Source of the DNA: an uncultured bacterium
GTDB lineage: Bacteria; Verrucomicrobiota; Kiritimatiellia; RFP12; UBA1067
Reading direction: 5' to 3'
DNA: 64,000 nt
Assembly (NCBI GenBank): GCA_902775595.1
Contig: CACYNF010000001.1
Span: 15,165 to 79,164 of the forward strand
Numbering within the stretch: the stretch's first letter is position 1; each line of letters opens with the position of its first letter. Positions 37,696 to 47,691 of the stretch are shown piece after piece. The notes below the pieces were generated by a model that did no database searches, was not told where the DNA came from, and saw only the letters and a program-made list of their open reading frames with translations. A program made the translations under genes and the position numbers.

Positions 37696-39276
37696 TTATT
37701 TTTCCTTTTTGTAGTTTGGATCCTTGACGAAAGGTATCCACGAAGACGTTTCAGAACGCGGCGGCGGCAGAGGATCCTCCGCCTGCTCCTCGAGCGACCT
37801 CAAGTCGAGCGAGCTTATCCCCTCGAGGTTCTTCTCCGGACGGTCGCCGGGCTCGAGCTTCTGGCCCTTGGTGTACTGACGCCCGAGCACTGCGTTCTTC
37901 GGAAGCCCGGAGTCCTTCTGCATGTTGCCCGGATCCACAAGGCCGACCGTGACGAAGACGATGATTTCCTTCTGCTGCTTCTTGCGCGCGCGCGAGCCGA
38001 AGATCCGCGGGCCTATCCACGGGATGTCCCTCAGAAGCGGGATGCCGGTATCGACCTGCTCCTCGACGGTCCGCGAAAGCCCGCCGATCACCGCCGTCGT
38101 GCCGCTCGCCATGGCGAACTCGGTGACGAGGCGCTGGACCTCGATGACGGGATATCTCGCGGAGATTGTGCCGCTGTCGGAGTCGGCCGATTCGGTGCCG
38201 GACTCGACCCAGCCGTTCTGCGACGAGATTGTCGGGACGATGGACACGCTGATGAGGCCGTTGGTGCCTATCCTCGGCGTCACGTCGAGGGAGATGCCCC
38301 AGCTGAAGAACGCCTCGTTCGCGAACATCATCTTGTCCTCTCCCGGGATCGCAGCCATCTGCATGTCGAGGTCGAGCGAATCGCCGCCGGAGTTCGTCGT
38401 GCGCTTCGCGGCGATCTTGACGTTGGGGTACTTCGTCGTCATGTCGACGGTCGCCTTCTTGCCGGACGAGACGATGATCTTCGGATTGGAGAATATGCGC
38501 GCGTCCTCGCTCCCCTCGAGCGCGGAGAGGACGATGTACATCTGCGAGAAGTCCAGGGTGCCGTTGAAGTAGGCGATGTCTCCGTCTGCGCCGCCGACGA
38601 GCGACGAGCCGGAAAGACTGTACGACGTGCCGTCGGGCATCTTGCGGGAGTAGTCCTGCACGCCCTTGCCAAGGCGGTTCTTCTGGATTCCGCCGGCGAG
38701 GGACACCGCGCCCTTCATGCCGTCGAGCATCGACCAGTCTATGCCGATGTCGTGGAACACGTCATTGGAGAGCTCGACAAAGCGCGCTTCGATGTACACC
38801 TGCTTCGGCTCGACGTCGACCTCGCGTATAACCTGCTCGCAGGCATCGAGAATCACCGCCGGGGCCGTAATCATCACGGAATTCGATTCCGGGAAGGCGA
38901 TTGCCATCCTGTTGATCTTCCATGTCACGCCGAAGTCGCCGGACCAGGTGGAGTTGAGCTTCGCCGCGACATCCTCGGCGGAAGCGTGCGCGAGGTGGAA
39001 CGTCCTTGTCGATATGCGGCGGCGGGCGAGCGACGCCTCTGCCTCGGCCCTCTCCTGTGCTGCAGCCGCGACACGGACCTCCTCGGCTGCGCGCGCCGCG
39101 GCGGACGCGATGACAACGGCGTTGGAGAGCGAGACGGCGTCTACGTCTGGCGACGCGACCAAATCGCCCACAACGGGATCGGCCGGATCGGCCGCCTCAA
39201 CGCCGACAGCCGCGGAATCGGCGGCCAGCAGGGGCAGAAACGACAGCAACGACAGGTATAAAACAGCTTTCCTCAT
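37696..39276 (-). CDS. secretin (GspD/PilQ family) outer-membrane channel
   Basis: ATG 39276 gives MRKAVLYLSLLSFLPLLA; the track start 39282 is TTG. Secretin C-domain: TAVIGGLSRTVEEQVDTGIPLLRDIPWIGPRIFGS. Its stop abuts the DUF481 ATG with 0 nt between them. Confidence 0.85.
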   Translation of the reverse strand: MRKAVLYLSLLSFLPLLAADSAAVGVEAADPADPVVGDLVASPDVDAVSLSNAVVIASAAARAAEEVRVAAAAQERAEAEASLARRRISTRTFHLAHASAEDVAAKLNSTWSGDFGVTWKINRMAIAFPESNSVMITAPAVILDACEQVIREVDVEPKQVYIEARFVELSNDVFHDIGIDWSMLDGMKGAVSLAGGIQKNRLGKGVQDYSRKMPDGTSYSLSGSSLVGGADGDIAYFNGTLDFSQMYIVLSALEGSEDARIFSNPKIIVSSGKKATVDMTTKYPNVKIAAKRTTNSGGDSLDLDMQMAAIPGEDKMMFANEAFFSWGISLDVTPRIGTNGLISVSIVPTISSQNGWVESGTESADSDSGTISARYPVIEVQRLVTEFAMASGTTAVIGGLSRTVEEQVDTGIPLLRDIPWIGPRIFGSRARKKQQKEIIVFVTVGLVDPGNMQKDSGLPKNAVLGRQYTKGQKLEPGDRPEKNLEGISSLDLRSLEEQAEDPLPPPRSETSSWIPFVKDPNYKKEK

Positions 39277-39290
39277 TTTCAAGAAGACAA

Positions 39291-39299
39291 ATTATACCA
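39291..39299 (-). promoter_or_regulatory. extended -10 box TGGTATAAT upstream of the secretin gene
   Basis: attatacca on the plus strand. It lies 15 nt from ATG 39276 and 9 nt from TTG 39282. Confidence 0.55.
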
Positions 39300-39301
39300 A
39301 A

Positions 39302-39811
39302 TCAGCCCCTGAAGATAAAGAATTTGCGGGCAAAAAAGTTGAGCAGAAACGAAACCACGACCTCGATCACGACCGCCGCCGAAGTCATCACCCCCATAAA
39401 CCTGATCAAGGCGCTCTGGACGACGAGCGCAAACGCGGTCGCAATGGCGGCGACGCCGAAGAACATGCCGAACTCGATATACCAGCGGAACCTCCCGGGG
39501 CGGAACACGAACGCGCGGTTCATGAGCCAGCAGAAGATGTTCGCGAAGACGAACCCGACCGCCGTGGCGACGCCGGCGAGGAACCAGCGCGACGCATACC
39601 ACGGCTCGGCGCCCGTGAACTCCGCGCCAGGAAGCCCCAGCAGCCTGACCGCCGTGTCGTCGGCAGTCAGGCACCTTAGGCACGTCGACGCCAAGGCGTA
39701 GAAGACGGCGAACTGGACACAGGTCGCCGCCACGCCAATGGCGCCGTACTTTACGAACTGCGCGAAAGGCCCGCAGTCATGCGAGAGAAAACGCCGTACG
39801 GCCTCTCTCAC
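39302..39811 (-). CDS. GtrA-family membrane protein
   Basis: ORF 39302..40855 trimmed to GTG 39811, giving a GTGA overlap with the upstream stop. Sequence FAQFVKYGAIGVAATCVQFAVFYAL... ends with ARKFFIFRG. Four TM helices. Confidence 0.75.
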   Translation of the reverse strand: MREAVRRFLSHDCGPFAQFVKYGAIGVAATCVQFAVFYALASTCLRCLTADDTAVRLLGLPGAEFTGAEPWYASRWFLAGVATAVGFVFANIFCWLMNRAFVFRPGRFRWYIEFGMFFGVAAIATAFALVVQSALIRFMGVMTSAAVVIEVVVSFLLNFFARKFFIFRG

Positions 39812-41235
39812 GCAAGCCCCATCTTCCCAAGGTCGACCGAAAGATCGCCGAGCGGGGCGGTGGTCTTCCACGCTCCGCGCGTGAAGTCGGGGATGTCCAT
39901 CGACGCGCTGCGGTTCCTGACGGACTTCTCGCTCAGTTCGCACAGGCAGCACCAGCTCGCGAGGTCGTAGACGTTCTGGTCGAGCGGGAGGCCGTTCTGC
40001 ATGCAGTAGGCGAGGCGAAGGACCATGAGGAAGTCCATTCCGCCGTGGCCGCCCATCTTCTTGGCCATCTCGCCGGACTGCTTCCAGAGCGGATGCATGA
40101 ACTCCTTGCGGATCTGCTCGGCCTTTTCGTTCGAGAAGAACGAGTGGGCGCCTGCGCCGGGCTTGTCCTCCCACGCGACGCGGTAGGGATAGTCGGCGAG
40201 GATGCCCTTCGTGCCGGTGATCGTGTTGATGCGGCTGTAGGGACGCGGCGAGCTCACGTCGTGCTGGATCATGATCGAGCGGCCCTTCTTCGTCTTGATG
40301 AGCATGGTGTTCATGTCGCCCATCTCGATCTTGAGGCCGGGCTTCCACTTGTGGTCCGGGTACGCCGCCTTCGCGTAGGCCTCGAAGTTGAACTGGTTGG
40401 ACTCGAGCGACACGAGGTAGTCGAAGCAGTCGCCGCGGTTGACGTCCATGTACCAGCAGATCGGCCCAAGCCCGTGGGTCGTGTACTGGTTGCCCTTGTG
40501 GACGGCATTGTGGCGGAGGCGCCAGAAATCCCAGTACGCCGCGACCTTGTTCTTGTCGTCCCATCCCGGGCTGCTCTCTATCCAGTCGCCGTAGTTGTAG
40601 CTCCTCAAGTCGTGGATGTACGCGCCCTCCGCATGGACGAGGTCGCCGAGCTTGCCAAGGCGGCAGAGGTTCAAGGCGAGCATCTCGATCTCGCCGTAGC
40701 AGCAGTTCTCGAGCTGCATGCAGTGGCGCTTGAGCCTCTCGGAAGTCTCGACGAGCTCCCAGCATTCGTCGACGGTGAACGCGGCAGGAACCTCTGTCGC
40801 GACGTGCTTGCCGGCGTTCATTGCGTAGAGCGCGATAGGAACGTGGAGCTCCCACGGCGTCGCGTTGTAGACGAGATCGACGTTCTCGTCGTCACAGAGC
40901 TTCTTCCACTCCTCGTCGCCGCCTGTGTAGACCTTCGGCGCGGGACGGCCCGCCTTCTCGATCGCCGCGAGCGTGCTCTTGACACGCAGGGCGTTCAGGT
41001 CGCAGATCGCGGTTATCTCGCAGCCGGGAATCGCGTTGAAGCCGGTTACGCCGGCCTGCCCGCGGCCGAGGCCGATTATGCCGACCCTCAGCTTCTTGAA
41101 CGGCTTGTCGGCGTAGGTCGCCATGGACCCCCCGTCGCCGAAGCCGAAGCCCTTTGTCGTGGAGCAGCCGACGACTGCCGCCGCCGCGCCCATCCACGCC
41201 GCACCCTTGAGAAACTCCCTGCGATCTGTTTTCAT
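39808..41235 (-). CDS. Tat-signal Gfo/Idh/MocA-family oxidoreductase (GH109-like)
   Basis: 475 aa with a twin-arginine leader MKTDRREFLKGAAWMGAAAAV and a Rossmann domain LRVGIIGLGRGQ. The overall layout resembles NAD-dependent GH109 glycosidases. Confidence 0.8.
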   Translation of the reverse strand: MKTDRREFLKGAAWMGAAAAVVGCSTTKGFGFGDGGSMATYADKPFKKLRVGIIGLGRGQAGVTGFNAIPGCEITAICDLNALRVKSTLAAIEKAGRPAPKVYTGGDEEWKKLCDDENVDLVYNATPWELHVPIALYAMNAGKHVATEVPAAFTVDECWELVETSERLKRHCMQLENCCYGEIEMLALNLCRLGKLGDLVHAEGAYIHDLRSYNYGDWIESSPGWDDKNKVAAYWDFWRLRHNAVHKGNQYTTHGLGPICWYMDVNRGDCFDYLVSLESNQFNFEAYAKAAYPDHKWKPGLKIEMGDMNTMLIKTKKGRSIMIQHDVSSPRPYSRINTITGTKGILADYPYRVAWEDKPGAGAHSFFSNEKAEQIRKEFMHPLWKQSGEMAKKMGGHGGMDFLMVLRLAYCMQNGLPLDQNVYDLASWCCLCELSEKSVRNRSASMDIPDFTRGAWKTTAPLGDLSVDLGKMGLA

Positions 41236-41265
41236 GTTGAAGTATCCTCCGTTTTGAATGGCGAC

Positions 41266-41274
41266 ATTATACCA
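41266..41274 (-). promoter_or_regulatory. extended -10 box TGGTATAAT upstream of the GH109-like gene (31-nt leader with GGAGGA)
   Basis: attatacca on the plus strand. SD GGAGGA is at about 41245-41250 and the ATG at 41235. Confidence 0.6.
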
Positions 41275-41303
41275 TAAATTTCAGGAGCATGCGCCTGTTG
41301 ATT

Positions 41304-44300
41304 TCACGGCGCCTGCCCGAGCAGAAGGCGGACCGGGCCCAAAAGGCCGGATTTGACCGGCTCCTCCCCGTCGCCGAAATAGTCCCAGCTCGTGAACGCC
41401 ACGCGGTTCGTCGCGGGACGCGAGCCGTCCGGACGCCACGCCCAGCCGGGGATGCGCTTAAGTCCCCTCCCGCAGAACGACTGCGTGCCAGACATGTCGC
41501 TCTGGTGGGTCCTGGCGGGCCCCCACTCGCAGTCGTCGTCCGGAAGCACATGGTCGCCGAGAAGCCTGTTGTGCCACCCGTTTACGACCTCGACCTCAAG
41601 TTCGTTCTCTCCCTGCCGCGCAGCGTCAAGCGTCGCCACCTCGAACGGCGCGTGCCACGCGACGCCGAGGTCGCGCCCGTTGAGACGAACCCGCGCGATG
41701 TCCGCGACATCTCCGAGATCGATCTTCCGGGCGGCCTTCGCGTCCTCCTTCGAAAGCTCGAGGCGCACGCGGTACATCGCCGCCCCGGAGAAGTATCGCA
41801 CGCCCGGGATGCCGGAGTCGGACCACGAGGAAAGGCCCTTCATCTCCAGCGGGGAGGCAGGTGCGCCGCGCCCGGGCTCAAATACGACGGACCACGTCCC
41901 GCCGACCGGCAGGCTGCGCGCAGTTTCGCGGCGGCGGCTTTCCGGCCAGGCGGCGCCGCGGCGGAACGTCACGAAGACCGACTCCTGCGGACCGAGCTTC
42001 ATCGGAAGGCGCACATAGCCGTCGACGGGATCGACGATTCCGAGAAACTCCGTCTCTCCCGTCCCGGGATACCAGAGCTCCGCCTGCCCTTCGGCGCGGA
42101 AATCGGCCGCAAAGGAAACTTCGCCCATGGAGACGTTAGCGACAAAGAAAAGCGCATTGCCGTCGGCGAGCCGACGCGCCGTTCCGAGAACGGGCCCGTC
42201 CGGTCCGACCGAAACCCCGCCAACTACGCAGAACGGACGCTTCGGCAGCTCGTCGCCCTCGCCAAGGACTTCTACGCCGGCCCTGCGCGCGCGTTCCACG
42301 GCCGCGGCACATTCGCCGCGCAGCGCTTCGGGGACGGCAAGAAACGGATAGGAACGGCCGGACTCGCGCACAACCGCGCGCCCGGCGGCGAAGTCTACGC
42401 CTGTCAGGAAGACACGCCGCGGCACGACGTCGACCCCGTCGGTGATGCCTCGGAAATCCTCGACCGCGAGAACGTCGATCGTCTCCTCGCCACGCTGCAG
42501 GCGCTCCTGGCATCGCGCAAGATAGGCGAAGAACGCCTTGCCGGGCTCGAACCACGTCTGGTTCTCCCCGAAGTGGGCGCCCCAGTAGCCCATGTTCATG
42601 CCGGGCTTGCGGCAGGCGGGAAACGGCTGGTGCACCCAGTGGTGCAGGAACATGCAGTTGACGCCGCGGGCAAACGACGCGTCCGTGCAGGCCTTGAAGT
42701 CGCGCGGTGCGAGAACGTACGGATCCTGGAACGGCATCGCCGTGTAGGCCTCGGCAGCAAGGATGCGCCGCCCCATCGCGCGCCCTACGGCGCCGCCGAG
42801 CTGCGGACTCCCGCCGACCGTGCCTTCCGGCACCCAGAACGGACGAGCCCCCCAGAACTCCGTCGTCGGCACGTCGCTCGCGCACGCCGCCTCGCATCTG
42901 TCGAACGGCCCGCCATAGGGCTCCACGACGAACATCATGCCCTTTTCGTGGATGCGCTCGCGGAACACCCGGTAGTGCCGCTCGGTCGAAAGCTCGCCGA
43001 CGGTGCGCGCCATGTCCGCCTTGATTTTCCCGGCCCCCTCCCGCGTCGCGCCGACATACGCGGGAAGAAGCGGAAGCGGGTCGTATCCGCGGCGCCTCGC
43101 GAACTCGTCGCGGAAGTCGTCCGTCCAGTCATACGGCCCCGCCTCGTAGCTGTCCATCAGCATGAAATCGAGCCCGACGTCTTTCGCGAGCACATGGTCG
43201 AGATGCAGATTGACGGCCTTCGCGCTCATCTTGTCGGCCTCGAGGCATCTGCCGACGAGCGACTTCGCGACCGGCATGCACTGCGAGCCCGTGCACGTGT
43301 AGCCGAAGCGGTAGACCATGCCGTCCCTCTCCACCGTGCCGACATCGCGGTAGAAGCCGAGATTCGCTTCGGGCCGCGCGGGCGCGGCGCCCTTCTCCGC
43401 GACCGTCCATACGAGTTTCTTCATCGCGTTCTCAGGCGTGATCCACGGCCCGCCAGAGACGGTGTAGCCGGGACAGTTGTGCATCCCCATCTTAAGCCCG
43501 CGCTTCTTCGCCTCGCGCGCCGCGAACGCGACATACTCCCACCATTTCCCCCCGCCGAACTCGAAATCCTCCATCGTGTCGTCATCATAGCCGTAGGCCG
43601 GGACTTCGGAACAGGGGCCGCGCGCGACCTGGAATATCACGGCGCCGCCGATGCCGGCCCCCTTCATGGCGTCGAGGTCGCGGACAATCCCCTCCTTGGA
43701 AACCGCGGTTCCGCACCAGTGCCACCAGACAAATGGCTTTGCGCAGGGCCCGTTCGCACGGCACGCCGGAGGGCGCGAGATCAGATCGTCGACCATGTCG
43801 CGGAGCTTCGCCTTCGAAGTCCTCTCGACAAGCACGCCGTGCGGTCCGTTCCCGGCCCTGGCCCAGACGTTGGACCCCGTCTTGGGGTCGACGGACATCG
43901 TGCCGCGCTCCAGGCCGAAGTCGCGTTCCCACCCGCGCACAGCGGCAAGCACCGTCAGTTCGTCCCACGAGGGACGGCCGCGGCGCTCTTCGTTCCAGAC
44001 CTTCATGCAGCGGACGAACGCCTCCGCCACCGGCCCCGAAGCAGCCCCCTGCCGCGCCGTTGGGATTCCCGTCAGGACATCCGCGCCGAGGTTGAAGTCG
44101 ACGAAAAACACGGGGACAGGGCTTTCGCCGATCGCCTTGGCGGAGGATTCCGCGTCCATCCGGAGGTTGCATTCCATCCCATCCGGCAGGACGCCGCCCA
44201 TCGCGTACCACGCCTTGACCTTCTTCGCGACGAGTTCGCGGCCGGAGAGCGGAGATATGCCGTCGGCTTCCGTCTCCAGAAGGCGGCGGACGTTCGTGAG

Positions 44301-44762
44301 GAATCCGACGGTGCAGATCGTGACGGATCCGTCGGGAGAGCCGGCGAGCGCGCGGCGGTAGATTTCGTTCGCGTCCGGCGCGGAGTCGGTCGAGGGGTGG
44401 CGCAACGACCACTTCCGCGCCGCGACCATGTCGGAGAAGACTTCGCCGACGCCGTTGAGCTCGGTGCCGAACCGAAAGCCGATGTCCCTGCAGACGCCCA
44501 TCGGGATGTCCGCGCGTCCGTACTCCGCGTTTATCGTCTCGCACATTCCGAGCGCCGGAGAACTGCGCGAGGACGACACGACGGCGAGGATTTCGCATTC
44601 TCCGGCGTCGGCGAGCGCGTTGAGGGCCGCAAGCGCGCCGACGTCGTCGTAGTCCCCGCACATATCGGTGTCGAAGATGATGCGCGCGCGGTCGGCGCGC
44701 ACAGCCGACGCCGACAACGCCAGGAGAGCGGCATATGCCAAAGCTGAAAGAGTTCTTGCCAT
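41304..44762 (-). CDS. secreted fusion: nucleoside-hydrolase-like domain + large glycoside hydrolase (GH106-like/GH2-sugar-binding-type C-terminus)
   Basis: 1152 aa with a signal peptide. IUNH motif IIFDTDMCGDYDDVGAL. Hydrolase core PFVWWHWCGTAVSKEGIVRDLDAMKGAGIGGAVIF. C-terminal sequence VRLNGRDLGVAW...VVNGWHNRLLGD. Confidence 0.7.
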   Translation of the reverse strand: MARTLSALAYAALLALSASAVRADRARIIFDTDMCGDYDDVGALAALNALADAGECEILAVVSSSRSSPALGMCETINAEYGRADIPMGVCRDIGFRFGTELNGVGEVFSDMVAARKWSLRHPSTDSAPDANEIYRRALAGSPDGSVTICTVGFLTNVRRLLETEADGISPLSGRELVAKKVKAWYAMGGVLPDGMECNLRMDAESSAKAIGESPVPVFFVDFNLGADVLTGIPTARQGAASGPVAEAFVRCMKVWNEERRGRPSWDELTVLAAVRGWERDFGLERGTMSVDPKTGSNVWARAGNGPHGVLVERTSKAKLRDMVDDLISRPPACRANGPCAKPFVWWHWCGTAVSKEGIVRDLDAMKGAGIGGAVIFQVARGPCSEVPAYGYDDDTMEDFEFGGGKWWEYVAFAAREAKKRGLKMGMHNCPGYTVSGGPWITPENAMKKLVWTVAEKGAAPARPEANLGFYRDVGTVERDGMVYRFGYTCTGSQCMPVAKSLVGRCLEADKMSAKAVNLHLDHVLAKDVGLDFMLMDSYEAGPYDWTDDFRDEFARRRGYDPLPLLPAYVGATREGAGKIKADMARTVGELSTERHYRVFRERIHEKGMMFVVEPYGGPFDRCEAACASDVPTTEFWGARPFWVPEGTVGGSPQLGGAVGRAMGRRILAAEAYTAMPFQDPYVLAPRDFKACTDASFARGVNCMFLHHWVHQPFPACRKPGMNMGYWGAHFGENQTWFEPGKAFFAYLARCQERLQRGEETIDVLAVEDFRGITDGVDVVPRRVFLTGVDFAAGRAVVRESGRSYPFLAVPEALRGECAAAVERARRAGVEVLGEGDELPKRPFCVVGGVSVGPDGPVLGTARRLADGNALFFVANVSMGEVSFAADFRAEGQAELWYPGTGETEFLGIVDPVDGYVRLPMKLGPQESVFVTFRRGAAWPESRRRETARSLPVGGTWSVVFEPGRGAPASPLEMKGLSSWSDSGIPGVRYFSGAAMYRVRLELSKEDAKAARKIDLGDVADIARVRLNGRDLGVAWHAPFEVATLDAARQGENELEVEVVNGWHNRLLGDHVLPDDDCEWGPARTHQSDMSGTQSFCGRGLKRIPGWAWRPDGSRPATNRVAFTSWDYFGDGEEPVKSGLLGPVRLLLGQAP

Positions 44763-44771
44763 ACCCGCGCT

Positions 44772-45674
44772 TCAGGACTGGACGCAGCCCTCTTTCTTCA
44801 GGTAGCCGCGCGCGCTTTCCGTCGCGTCGTCGGCCATCTCGGGCGTCGCCTGCACGCCCGCGAACTTGACGAGATCGGCGGACTCGAGGAACCGCCTCAG
44901 CTCCTCGCTCCTCATCCCGCGCGAGCCGATCTCCTCGAAGAACTCCTCCGTCGTCATGTGCGGCGCGCGGATGCCGTACTTGCGCTGGACGTAGCGGCGG
45001 ACGACCATCGTGAGCTCGACGTAGAAGTCCTTGTATCGCCCGCGCCCGGGGAGCCCCTTCTTGAGAAGACGGTCAAGCTCCACCCACGCGCGCTCGATCG
45101 GGCTCATCCTGTGCTCCTTGATGCGGCGGGCGAGATAGCGCAGCAGGAACCACGCGGCCGCAACCACGGCGGCGACGGCGAAGAGCGCGAGCGCGCACCA
45201 GCCGACAAGCTTCCACGAAAGCGGAGGCAGGTCCTTCTGCGGGTCGGCCTCCATGTCGCCGGTCACCGTCTCGCGGGCCGGCGGGGCCTCGAAGTAGACA
45301 GGCCCCGCGACAAACGAAAGCGAGCCCTCGTCCGCCGCAGTCGACAGAAGCTTCGGAGAGGCGGTCACGGCAAACGGCGCGATCTTGTAGACGTCGGCGC
45401 ACGGCTCCGGAACGAGCTTCCAGTTGACGGTCTCGACGAGAGAGCCGTCCGCGTTCTTCACGGGCTTCCCGGCGAAGTCCTCGGCAAGCGAAAAGCCGCG
45501 CACCCGGTCGCGGAGATCGGGGACTGACGCCTTTACGTCCTTCGGCGTCTTCATCGTCACCGTAAGAAAGACGCTCCGCCCCGGATCGATCTGCGTGCGG
45601 TCGGCATCGACCTTGAGGTCGATCCCGTTCCGGCTCATCTCCAGAACCGTCGCTGCTATAAGGACTGAAATCAT
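44772..45674 (-). CDS. DUF4381/BatD-like membrane protein (MoxR operon member)
   Basis: 300 aa with a central TM helix (WKLVGWCALALFAVAAVVAAAWFLL) and a C-terminal helical part. It sits after the MoxR and DUF58 genes. Confidence 0.65.
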   Translation of the reverse strand: MISVLIAATVLEMSRNGIDLKVDADRTQIDPGRSVFLTVTMKTPKDVKASVPDLRDRVRGFSLAEDFAGKPVKNADGSLVETVNWKLVPEPCADVYKIAPFAVTASPKLLSTAADEGSLSFVAGPVYFEAPPARETVTGDMEADPQKDLPPLSWKLVGWCALALFAVAAVVAAAWFLLRYLARRIKEHRMSPIERAWVELDRLLKKGLPGRGRYKDFYVELTMVVRRYVQRKYGIRAPHMTTEEFFEEIGSRGMRSEELRRFLESADLVKFAGVQATPEMADDATESARGYLKKEGCVQS

Positions 45675-45761
45675 AAGCAGAATCCCACCTTTAAACTTTC
45701 AACCTCAAACTTTCACCTTTACACTTCAAACTTCAAACATCAAACTTTAAACTCTCCCACC
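45675..45761 (-). repeat. AT-rich degenerate tandem octamer (AAGTTTGA/AAAGTTTR) spacer between the DUF58 and DUF4381 genes
   Basis: The minus strand reads GAGAGTTTAAAGTTTGATGTTTGAAGTTTGAAGTGTAAAGGTGAAAGTTTGAGGTTGAAAGTTTAAAGGTGGGATT. It is related to 28923-28988. Confidence 0.65.
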
Positions 45762-46670
45762 CTACCTTTTCCTTGCGCGGCGCTTGAAGAGAGCGCGGAC
45801 ACCGTCGATGTACGGCCTGTCCGTCGCGATGTCGAGGGTGTCTATCCCAGTCTTGCGGAAGAACTTCGTCAGCTCCTCGCGGTCGCTTTCCGCCTTTTCC
45901 GCGAACGACTTCCTGACCTTCGCGCTCGAGGTGTCGACGAGCATGAGCTCTCCGGTCTCTGAGTCCTCGAGCTCGACGAGCCCGACGTCGGGAAGCACGC
46001 TTTCCGCGGGATCGGACACGGGCACGCATATCATGTCGTGGTGCCGCGCCGTCGCCCGGAGAAGCCGCGCAAGGCCGTCCGCGGCAGATGCGCCGCGCGA
46101 GCCGGCGATGAAGTCGCTTACGAGGAAGACGACTGCGCGTCGCTTCTGCACGCCGTTCAGGAACTTCAGGACCCCCTCGACGTCAGTGCCGCCCTTCGCC
46201 TCGTCCTCCGCGGCGAGAACCTCGCGGACAAGCCGCATCACGGAGTCGCGCCCCTTGCGCGGAGGGATGTACTTGACGATCCTGTCGGAGAAGAGGACGA
46301 GGCCGATCTTGTCCTGGTTGCGTATCGCGGTGAGGGCGAGAAGCGCCGTCACCTCTGCGGCGAGTTCCATCTTGGAGCGCGACCTCGAGCCGTAACTCTG
46401 CGAGCCGGATACGTCGACGAGGAAGAGGATCGTGAGTTCGCGCTCCTCGGAGTAGCGCTTGATGTACGGGACGCCTGTCCGCGCGGTGACGTTCCAGTCG
46501 ATCGTCCTGACGTCGTCTCCGGCGATGTAGGGCCGCACCTCGTCGAATTCGACGCCCTGGCCCTTGAACGTGGAGTGGTAGTCACCGGCCAGCTGGTCGT
46601 CGATGAGCCGGTTGGTGAGGATTCGTATCTTCCCCACCTTCGCCATCAATTCCTTTACGTCAGTCGCCAT
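45762..46670 (-). CDS. DUF58-domain protein (vWA-like, MoxR partner)
   Basis: 302 aa: GDYHSTFKGQGVEFDEVRPYIAGDDVRTIDWNVTAR...LFLVDVSGS. Confidence 0.88.
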   Translation of the reverse strand: MATDVKELMAKVGKIRILTNRLIDDQLAGDYHSTFKGQGVEFDEVRPYIAGDDVRTIDWNVTARTGVPYIKRYSEERELTILFLVDVSGSQSYGSRSRSKMELAAEVTALLALTAIRNQDKIGLVLFSDRIVKYIPPRKGRDSVMRLVREVLAAEDEAKGGTDVEGVLKFLNGVQKRRAVVFLVSDFIAGSRGASAADGLARLLRATARHHDMICVPVSDPAESVLPDVGLVELEDSETGELMLVDTSSAKVRKSFAEKAESDREELTKFFRKTGIDTLDIATDRPYIDGVRALFKRRARKR

Positions 46671-46727
46671 TTTATAAATCTCAACAGCTGATCTATGCGC
46701 ACTTTGCGTTCTTTGCGGCTAAAATAC

Positions 46728-47690
<963 letters not shown>

Positions 47691-47691
47691 T

